Source of the DNA: Eledone cirrhosa
Lineage: Eukaryota
DNA length: 64,000 bases
Assembly: GCA_964016885.1 (NCBI GenBank)
Contig: OZ024742.1
Span: forward strand, 20,088,001 to 20,152,000
Direction of reading: 5' to 3'
This document shows, one piece after another, positions 54,068 through 64,000 of the stretch. Below the pieces are notes generated by a model. It made no database searches. It had not been told where the DNA came from and saw nothing but the letters and a program-made list of their open reading frames with translations. Numbering within the stretch: the stretch's first letter is position 1; every line of letters starts with the position of its first letter. The position numbers were made by a program, and so were the translations under genes.

Positions 54068-54815
54068 AAGTGTGGAACGTTTCATGATAGCATCTTTGTT
54101 TGTTCGTCTGTCATAGCGTCTGTTTTTCTTCATCTTCAATCTGTTTTTGGTTTTTGGAAACATTGGGGTGGCCTTTATTTATATGTTCACCATCGAAACA
54201 TTATGACAAATTCTTCCGGCTGCTAACGCTTACGTCGCCATGTTGAAACGAAGAAAGTAATAATGGCCACATGCCACACAGAGAGAAAACGAAGGAACAT
54301 AGTTGAAAACAATGAAAAAAAGAACCTTTCTTGCATTGAGAAAGGAATGGCAAACTGATGAATGCAACCCCCAAACATTCTGTTATACGTTTAGGAGAAA
54401 ACAGAAAAAATAAAATCCTTTTTTAATTAAGAAATCTAAGTAAAATCCCTTTCATAAAGGGATCTCTGTTTTTACAATAACCTTTAAATCCTGTCGAGGT
54501 TAGCTTTGCGTTTCATCTTCCGAGGTCTATAAAATAAAGTAGCAGTGAAGTACAAGGGTCGATGTTATTGACTTTCCCCTTGTGCCGTTCATTCCAGTGT
54601 ATATTGGGATACAGCAAATAGAGCTGAAATAAGTTAAGCCTTTAGGTAACTACACAAATATAGAGTGTACAAGGGCTTAGCCAAAGGAGAATCATCTAGA
54701 AAGGAGAGTAATAGTAAAACAGAAGAGAATAAGGACTGTTGTCCAACGTGTAGACTAAGGACATTGAGATGTAGAAAAGGTAAGAAGGGAGAATAGGGGA
54801 ATTAGGACGAGTGGT

Positions 54816-54947
<132 letters not shown>

Positions 54948-55477
54948 GAGAAGAAAGAAGTATACTACGTGGTTGCACATGGGTTACATATGATAAAAAT
55001 AGTCCTTCGTCAGTGATTTTCCAACCATCATTGGTATTTCATCGCATTAAAAATCATATACGTCAGGTTGGTGCGAGCAATAAGTAAAAAAAGTTATTGG
55101 GACCAGTAAATCGCGTAAAGCGAGGGGGACAAGTAAACAACATAGAAGGATAAAAGCAAACCAAAGATAGGAAAAAAAAACAAGCAACATGGTTTCCGTC
55201 AGCATAATCTGGGTGGATTTCATGAGCGAAAGGTACAGACCGTCCGACGTGAGTGAGATGTAAGCAAGAAGAGACCCACTGTAAGCCAAACGGGAGGAAA
55301 TGAGAAGGGGAGAAACAGAGAGTGAGTGAGTGGAAGTGCGAGGAAGCGGTCAGTCAAGAGAAAGTGTAACTGACAGAGGGGCGAAAGAAGGTGAGAGAAA
55401 CAGAGAGAACGGGGAAGCAGTTAGAGAGAAACAGACAAACACAGCCGAGGTAAATATACATATAGATATATATATAT

Positions 55478-56231
55478 ACAGTTGATCCCCGGTATTCGCG
55501 GTGGTCTCTTTCCTAGAGCACCCTCGAAGAGTGAAAAACCGCGAACATTGAACGTGGTCCATAAAAATGCCTATAAACGTCCAAACATTACGTAAAACTA
55601 GCAGAAAAACCACCGTTCGGGTGGTTTTCCGCTATGATACATCAATATGATACATCAAATAAAATCGTAATTGACAATATACACAGAAATCGAACGAAGT
55701 CTACGTTACACTGTCTTATGTAATCAGTAAAGAAATCCATGATACATTAAAAAAAGACGATATTATATATAAACTGCATTAGGAGAAATTTAGTGACGGA
55801 AATATATGAATGTTTATATAAGCGATCGTTAACCGGAAGTGTTGACATTTGAAAATTTAAAAAAAGTGAATCTTAAAATACGCAATAAATTTATTTATAT
55901 TTAATCAAAAGTTACCAAATTTAGTAGATAAATTATGTAATATTCAATCATTATTTATTCAAAGTAATCCAACTTATTTTACAAACGGGATAAAAATATA
56001 TATTCTGGACGTAGTCCCGCACTCCTTACTTTATTATAGTTTAGATATAGGCCGACAAATACGGTATATTGTTATTAATAATTCAGCGTTAAAATATATA
56101 GATTGCCACAACAAATCGCGGAAGATATTTATGATTCCGCGAATATGCGGTGGTTTCTACGAACAATTATTAGTTAGGTTTTAAGGAAAATTCCGCGAAT
56201 AACCGGAACCGCGAAAGCCGGGAGTACACTA
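55478..56231. mobile_element. Putative Tc1/mariner (pogo/Tigger-like) MITE with internal Helitron-like fragment
   Basis: TA|cagttgatccccggtattcgcgg ... ccgcgaaagccgggagtacacta|TA imperfect TIRs. Internal aaccggaagtgttgacatttga is also at ~62031. Confidence 0.55.
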
Positions 56232-56240
56232 TATATATAT

Positions 56241-56625
56241 TTGTGGTAAGGTTGTTTGGATGCGTCTATAGGCGGTATGCTGGTTGAGCACTCTATGCTC
56301 CTTCGAAGCAGAGTATGATAATATGGGAAACGAAGAATCAGTGATGCATCGGGACGCAATTTATTACGTATTACAAATGTTTCTCCGGCGAACAGCTCGA
56401 AGTGCGATCTGTTCATGGGTGGATCGAACCTGACTCTGGATTCGCAAGTTCCTCAGATACGTCTAGTGATTTCGAAGCACTAGACGTATCTAAGGAACTT
56501 GCGAATCCAGAGTCAGGTTCAATCCACAAACAGATCGCACCTCGAGTTGTTCGCCGGAGAAACATTTGTAATACGTATTAAATTTGTGTTCTGATGCATC
56601 ACTGATTCTTCGTTTTCTATATTAT
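56241..56625. mobile_element. Family-G hairpin element in (TA)n
   Basis: Inverted arms 56318-56468 and 56478-56625. About 80 nt of tail on the left. Confidence 0.85.
56367..56461 (-). ncRNA. Hammerhead ribozyme with long branched stem II (family G)
   Basis: cguau CUGAGGA acuugcgaa...uucgccgga GAAAC auuu GUA auacg. The mirror copy at 56485-56575 has CUAAGGA. Confidence 0.72.
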
Positions 56626-56647
56626 ATATATATATATATTATATATA

Positions 56648-57352
56648 TATTGTTATACTTGGGGAGGGTCATATTGTTGTAATAATATTGCCAGAAATAA
56701 TAACAGAACACACTCACTGTTTGGTTGGTTTTCGCTTCTGATCTTTTATATCTCCACAGTTAATTCATTTAGTCCTCAATGTTTATAATTGACTGACCAA
56801 CGGTCAAAAATACAGATATAATATCGATATAAACATATATATATAGTCTAACAAAGTTCTTTCGTTGCACATCTGCAACATCATCAGTGGTACTATTATG
56901 TTCCTCCTGTTGTATTGTATATCTACGCCATTTTTACTTTATCTGTTTATTATTTTTATTTTGTCTTCTCTGCGCATGCGTTTGCGTGTGTGTATAGTGT
57001 TTGGTGTGTGTTCGCGTTTGGGTGACTGTGTTTTGGTTATTGTATTCTATCTTAGTTTACTAGTGTGTGTTTATATATGTTTGATGTTATTGTGCTTGTG
57101 TATATATTTATTTATTTATTTATTTATTTATATTTCTCTTAAGTCAATACTGTTGGTCAGTCAATGATAAACATTCAGGACCAAATGAATTAACTGTGGA
57201 AATATAAAAGATACAGAAGCGAAAACCAACCAAACAGTGAGTGTGTTCTGTTATTATTTCTGGCAATATTATTACAACAATATGACCCTCCCCAAGTATA
57301 ACAATATTTGTTTCGACACACGATTTCATATCAAAAACCTCGCAAAACAAAT
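56648..57352. mobile_element. Diverged pLTR-only derivative of the 17.8-21.7 kb PLE, inverted arms, hammerhead-like motif at 56850-56891 (-)
   Basis: Homologous to 21165-21749. CUGAUGA uguugcagaugugcaac GAAAgaacUU. Confidence 0.85.
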
Positions 57353-57371
57353 ATATACATATATATATATT

Positions 57372-58375
57372 TTAAAATTACCCTACAAACGTCCCTGACC
57401 CGAATAAACTTCCTGGACGTTACTCTTGACCTCGATAATGATCTGTACTACCCATACAGGAAACCCAACGACAACCTGCACTGCATCCACCGCCGGTCAA
57501 ACCATCCTAAGAACATCACCAATAACCTGGTTAAAAACATCTCCCTCCGCATATCTCGTTTGTCTGCTAATGAGCAGATATTCGAGGAACGAATTACAAC
57601 CAGGCCCTCAAGCGGAGTGGTTTCCGGGAGGAAATATCCTACTGTCCAGCTTCCATTAGCGGAACCAGCAGGCGACACCACCGCTCACGCAATGTAACAT
57701 GGTTCAATCCTCCCCCACAACGCCGAGGTGACAACTCCTATCGGGAAAATCTTCTTTAGGCTCATCGAAAAACACTTCCCACTACAACACCGCTACCACA
57801 ACATAATTAACAAAAATACCATCAAACTCTCCTACAGCACCACACCAAACTTTGCATAAATCATCGTCTCCTCTAACAACAAAAAACTCAACCCCTATGG
57901 AATAAATTACCTAAATATCAGTGGAGAGCCGACCAGGAGGTGCAACTGTCCTGATGGATCCATTTGCCCCCTCGACAACAGATGCAGAGATCGTAATGTG
58001 ATCTACCAGTGCAACGTGAGGACGGACACCTTCAACAAAGCTTATATAGGATTAACCGCATGTGACTTCAAGACCCGGCTATACCAACACGACGAAAAGC
58101 CGAAACCCGGCCCGGCGTCACGCCACCACACTATCGGGCCACATCTGAGACCTCAAGGATAACAATATTACCTTTGATCTCACTTGGAGCTTACTTCCAG
58201 AGCCAACTCTTACACGAGAGGACGCCGTCCGTGCAATTTATGCTCGGAGGAAACTTTACAAATGCTGTTTTCGACGGACCAACTCCTAAACAAGAAGGAC
58301 GAACTGGTAACGGCATGCAAACACAGATTGCGTAGGACTTACCTCGCCCTCAAACCCCATAATGACTGGGGGTAG
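57372..58375 (+). pseudogene. Naiad-like Penelope element, RT thumb + GIY-YIG remnant (frameshifts, stops)
   Basis: INFLDVTLDL...YYPYRKPN...SNHP, RNVTWFNPP, KHFP..H, NTIKLSYS, CNC....CPL...C, VIYQC...YIGLT...FKTR...H, CNLC.EE and LLNKKDEL...CKH. Confidence 0.85.
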
Positions 58376-59504
58376 ACAGGGGCTGTAACACCCCACTTGC
58401 CGACTTTGTAATGGGTAACCCCTGCTTGCAAAAGTAGACGTAAGATCTTCTTTTATAGCTTTTTATCGCTTCCTCTATATTTCCTTCTTACCCCATCCCT
58501 TCCTAGTCCTTTCACCTCAGTCCTCTTTCTTTGTCGTCGTCCTTTTCACTTTCTCGCCCACCCGAGGCAGCCCCTCGGTCCTTTGTAGCCTCAGTACCCC
58601 CACCTCCTTCCCCTATTCTATGATAGAATTGGCCGACTCCGCTTTTTATAGCAGATGTGATAGACCCCGTATACTTGCTTTCTTATCCGATGGCTGCCCC
58701 TTTTCCGTGCTTTCTACATTTCTTAGTGGTATCTTTGCTTTAATTTCTCGTATATCAGTATTTTTTGGGTGGGGGTGTGTGGGGGTGGGGGGTGGGGGGT
58801 GATGGGTGATTCTGAATTAATTTTCCGTATCAAATTTTTCATATACTTCGTACGAGCATTTATGTAGTTTGCACTAGAATTTTTGTATCGTAGCGGCACC
58901 CTTAGAGATAGTATTAGTATTCTTTTTCGGGATTCTGATTTATTATTTCGTATTAGTTTATTTTTTGCACTGGGTGGTTGCTGGCCTTGTGCCTAGGGTG
59001 GAAACAATTATTTCGTATTGGTCTCGGGACTCTGAATTATTATTTCGTGGTAGTTTCTTTAGTATTTTGGCCCCCCACTTGTTGACCCGTCACCGTAAGA
59101 TATACTCGGTTGATTACTACTACCTCTTAAAAGGGTCTCATTATAATTCCGTCCCACCTAGTAAACTTTTCTATAGTCTAGCAGTACCAGTGAGAGACTT
59201 GATGGCTGTCGTTGGGGAATAGTAACCAGTAATTGTCTTTTTTTTTTATATTTAATTGTTTTTTTTAACATTCTCGGTATTCTTCTATATTTTTACCCCA
59301 TATTGTTTTACTTTTTGTTTCGACTTCCTCCCCCTCCCCCTCCCTAGTATACTTCCTGGGTTTCCTCCACCCCCTCTCCCTCTTTCTTCTACTGGCAGGT
59401 TCAGCTACCCCTTCCTTCCACAAATTGCCATGATAGAATTATGTGTCTCAACAACAGACTTTTGACCAATCCTTGTGACAATCACTTTTACCATATATCG
59501 AATT

Positions 59505-59600
59505 ACCCCCCGAGAAGCTCGGCTATTCATATACCAGGATAAAAATTTTCATTTAGTCCAGAATTAGCCGTCGAAACGGCTTGAGCTCAGCCGTCGGGGT
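59505..59600 (+). ncRNA. Hammerhead-like fold with non-canonical 5' core (family J), probable 3' end of the Naiad-like element
   Basis: acccc [ccgagaagcu] cggcuauuc...gaauuagccg uc GAAAC GGCU ugagcuc AGCC GUC ggggu. Confidence 0.45.
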
Positions 59601-59610
59601 CCTACTCGTT

Positions 59611-59663
<53 letters not shown>

Positions 59664-59664
59664 G

Positions 59665-60507
<843 letters not shown>

Positions 60508-60508
<1 letters not shown>

Positions 60509-61020
60509 ACTAGCTGAGGTACCCAGTTTCGCTAAGGTTAACAAATGATAAGAGAAGACCGGCAGAAGAGAAAACGTCTGTATTGAATGCATTGTCTTGT
60601 TTACAGTGTGTGTGTATTGTATATTGTGTGTGTGTTTGTGTGTGTTTGTATATATATATATATATGTGTATGTGTAAGTGTTCGTGCGTGTGTGCCTGTT
60701 TGAGTGTTCGTGTGCGTGCGTGTGCGTGTGTAAACCACCGTTGGAATCGGAGACATAGGCCGCGAAACACGATCATCACTGACAACGAACTCGAGAGAGA
60801 ATCCCTTATGGTTGATTCCCAATCTGCTAGAAATAGCAGTCAGGTTGGTTAGCATACATGGTATGTCTTTCTTCTTCTTTGGTGTTATAAAATTAGTATC
60901 AATAAACTTTCCTGGATATACTCTTATCCCAATCCTGTACATACTTTCCGATTGTCACTTTTCGTTTTTTTCGTGTGATACGCGAAGGAACCAACCAACA
61001 AACATCTCTCTTTTATATCT
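60508..61020 (+). mobile_element. Putative non-autonomous Helitron/Helentron-like element
   Basis: 5' actagctgaggtacccagtttcgctaagg, internal (TG)n, and 3' caaacatctctcttttatat. Recognised by resemblance only. Confidence 0.4.
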
Positions 61021-61765
61021 CTTTTATTTGTTCATTCAAAATATTTTTCATCTAATTTTGTCGTACAATGTACATCAGCAATCTTTATATAATGTTTAAA
61101 ACATTTGAATAGCTGCGATATATGCACCATATAAATCAAAAACGATATGAGAATTGAACACCATACTAAAGCGCCAGTAAGCTTGCTAAGAACCTGCAGA
61201 TAGAAAATTTAATAAATACATGTGGCTTGGTAAACTTTAAGATGTTCTTTCATGGTAGGTTTCTTTTCTCAGCCAGTACGTTAAAGAAAATTGATAGTTA
61301 CAACAATAAAGGTTGAACAGAGAACAATTTTTTTAGCAAACTTAACAATAACTTGTACAACCATAATGGAAATTCCAAATAACAGAAAATACATAAATTA
61401 CATTGTTAGAGCCTCAGAGTATACAATATTTTTTGTTCGGCCCGCGGGAGCAAAGATGAAGAGATTGTTTGGCGAGCTCACTCTAGAGCATCCAATATAC
61501 AATTGACCATGGTTTTCCCAAATGAAGGCCAGCCACTTTTAGGGTTTGACCCTGAGCTTTCTTGATGGTAATTGCAAAGCTTAGTCTCTCTGTTGCTTTA
61601 GTAATATTTTTTGTTCTGGAAAATCTGTTCTTGCGGCCAGGCTAGGACTTTTTAGGTGGCATATCGGCAGTAACAATGAGGATAAACCGTCTGTGCTTTC
61701 GTGAAATAAATACGTTTGTTTATATTTTGTTTTTATGTATGCAAAAATATCTGTACACGAATATA

Positions 61766-61859
<94 letters not shown>

Positions 61860-62200
61860 TAACAGATTAAAGTTTAAGCAAAGAATCGCTGCTTTCACCC
61901 TTAATGAAATCTTCTGGAACTAAAAAAAATCAATCTGTGAACGCAGAAGTAAATATTTCGAAAAATGTTGCAACCGAAAGAAATCAGGAAAATAACACTT
62001 TGCTTCGTGAAGACGTTAGGAATGTCGTATAACCGGAAGTGTTGACATTTGAACATTTTAAAGAAGTGAATATTTAAATAATGTCTTTAATCTTTAAACA
62101 AATTTGAGTAAACAAAAATACCCTCACTTTCTTACTTGGAAAAAGTTACATCTATGGTGCAAATTTGGTGGTGTTTGTTCAAGCCGCTTGGCGGAAAGTT

Positions 62201-62272
<72 letters not shown>

Positions 62273-62276
<4 letters not shown>

Positions 62277-62686
62277 AAAGAATAGAGGTGTAACACAGGA
62301 GTTATGATATATTGGTAAAAGGAAAAGAAAATGCTGACAAATTGTTCCCAGTGAAAAATAGTTTAATTAGGAATAAGTAAAAATTAGTAATAAGTATTGG
62401 TTAGTATTCAGTTTTGGTTTTAAGTTTTTACCGGTTGCGCATTTCTAATGCTTTTCAAAAATAATTTTGAGATAGAGCGCCCGTGATGTTTGCTCTAATC
62501 AGATTAGAGCAAACATCACGGGCGCTCTATCTCAAAATTATTTTTGAAAAGCATTAGAAATGCGCAACCGGTAAAAACTTAAAACCAAAACTGAATACTA
62601 ACCAATACTTATTACTAATTTTTACTTATTCCTAATTAAACTATTTTTCACTGGGAACAATTTATCAGCATTTTCTTTTCCTTTTA

Positions 62687-62692
<6 letters not shown>
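62273..62692. mobile_element. Near-perfect hairpin element (~190-bp arms, 1-nt spacer at ~62501) in (TA)n
   Basis: ...gctctaatc a gattagagc...; about 35 nt of extra tail on the left arm. Confidence 0.9.
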
Positions 62693-62741
<49 letters not shown>

Positions 62742-62775
62742 ATGTATAATATATGTGTATGTGTATGCATATATG

Positions 62776-62842
<67 letters not shown>

Positions 62843-62849
<7 letters not shown>

Positions 62850-63546
62850 TTGGTGCTCTGAAATAGCGATATATATATGAATGTATATATAGTGTATTTT
62901 GCAATACACTGTATGCTTAATTAAAAGCATTTTGAAGACCTTACGCTATTGTTTTAAAGTACTGACTATGTCACTTACTTCTATTTTCACCAAACAAGGG
63001 GAGATAAGCTGACAGAGCTCTGTTTCGTACTGTTGGTACTTATCAAAGCCTAGCACTCCTCCTGTTTGCTGAAAACTATGAATTTTGGATTCTTATCGAA
63101 TTCCAGTAATAATCAGGAACTGATTATACAGAACGGTTGCCGGTCCAGTAAAAATTGAAAATTAGAATTGGTGCTCTGAAATAGCAATATATATATGAAT
63201 GTATATATAGTGTATTTTGCAATACACTGTATGCTTAATTAAAAGCATTTTGAAGACCTTACGCTATTGTTTTAAAGTACTGACTATGTCACTTACTTCT
63301 ATTTTCAGCAAACAGTTCCTGATTATTACTGGAATTCTATAAGAATCCAACATTCATAGTTTTCAGCAAACAGGAGGAGTGCTAGGCTTTGATAAGTACC
63401 AAAGTACGAAACAGAGGTCTGTCAGCTTATTTCCCCTTATTTGCTGAAAATAGAAGTAAGTGACATAGTCACTACTTTAAAACAATAGCGTAAGGTCTTC
63501 AAAATGCTTTTAATTAAGCATACAGTGTATTGCAAAATACACTGTA
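62843..63546. mobile_element. Family-I element: partial tandem plus inverted arm, two hammerheads (63006-63051 -, 63384-63428 +)
   Basis: 62843-62995 is repeated at 63161-63313. 63314-63546 is the reverse complement of ~62905-63126. Confidence 0.85.
63384..63428 (+). ncRNA. Hammerhead ribozyme with U3-A8 compensatory core (UUGAUAA)
   Basis: aggcu UUGAUAA GUAC caaa GUAC GAAAC AGA gg UCU GUC agcuu. Confidence 0.8.
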
Positions 63547-63567
63547 TATATATATATATATATATAT

Positions 63568-63628
63568 CAGAAGATCCCGTTAAGGGTGAAAGCAGCGATT
63601 CTTTGCTTAAACTTTAATCTATTTTAAT
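63568..63628 (+). ncRNA. Truncated hammerhead-like motif (family K; related ends at 17071-17125 and 61853-61903, minus strand)
   Basis: CAGAAGA uCCC guuaa GGGu GAAA GCA gcgauucuu UGC UU. The 5' stem I is replaced by (TA)n. Confidence 0.45.
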
Positions 63629-64000
63629 ATATATAAATATATATATATAATAGGCGGAAATAGAAGTGCTATGCAGAAACGAAATAAATGGAAGTAATAA
63701 TATTCCACAGTAAACAAACAGACAGACCGACAAAGAAAAAAAAAAGGAAGTATCTTTGAAGGAAACATAATACATTAACGGTTATAATCAATTGTAGTTT
63801 TCTATGATATTTGTTTAGTTGAAAGATATAGAGAGCAATAATATACCAGAGATACTTCCTGTTGTGTAAACATGACGTTTATTGTTGGTGTAGGACTGGT
63901 TTTATTGTAAAATGGATAACACGTGATCATGTTTTCTCATAGATTCTACACGTGTATACACTCTCTGAAGACGGCATATATATGTGTTTGGTATGTATAT

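Noticed and set aside
58140-58160. In-frame TGA in the Naiad-like ORF as possible selenocysteine
   Set aside because: It falls at a position I expect to be Trp (HIWDLK-like), in a copy with other stops and frameshifts. I could not identify a SECIS.
63955-64000. ctctCTGAAGAcggc, possible hammerhead start
   Set aside because: Cut by the window end; the GAAA half is not visible.

Overview
Repeat-saturated, AT-rich animal DNA. The tRNA-derived SINE family and the microsatellite content resemble an octopod cephalopod genome (inference). I could not support any host protein-coding gene. Recognisable coding sequence is all retroelement: three L1/Tx1-type LINE copies, two RLE-type (R4/Dong-like) LINE fragments, a Penelope-like element (PLE; RT + GIY-YIG) with a 1.79-kb inverted duplication, a decayed Naiad-like PLE, and RTE and CR1 fragments. 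There are also many SINEs, MITEs, two minisatellites and a 7-kb (GTT)n-derived array. The main unexplained signal: the short non-coding islands between (TA)n and (TAA)n microsatellites are mostly hairpin (inverted-repeat) elements carrying type-I hammerhead ribozyme motifs. By eye I count about 25 motifs from about 10 sequence-unrelated families, including a U3-A8 compensatory core variant and versions with long, branched stem II. These elements share one asymmetric architecture, in which one arm stops at an internal AT-rich site and the other carries a 35-85 nt tail. The same architecture is seen in the coding PLE, which suggests a community of ribozyme-bearing, microsatellite-targeting PLE derivatives. 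All folds and coordinates were read by eye; nothing was computed or searched.
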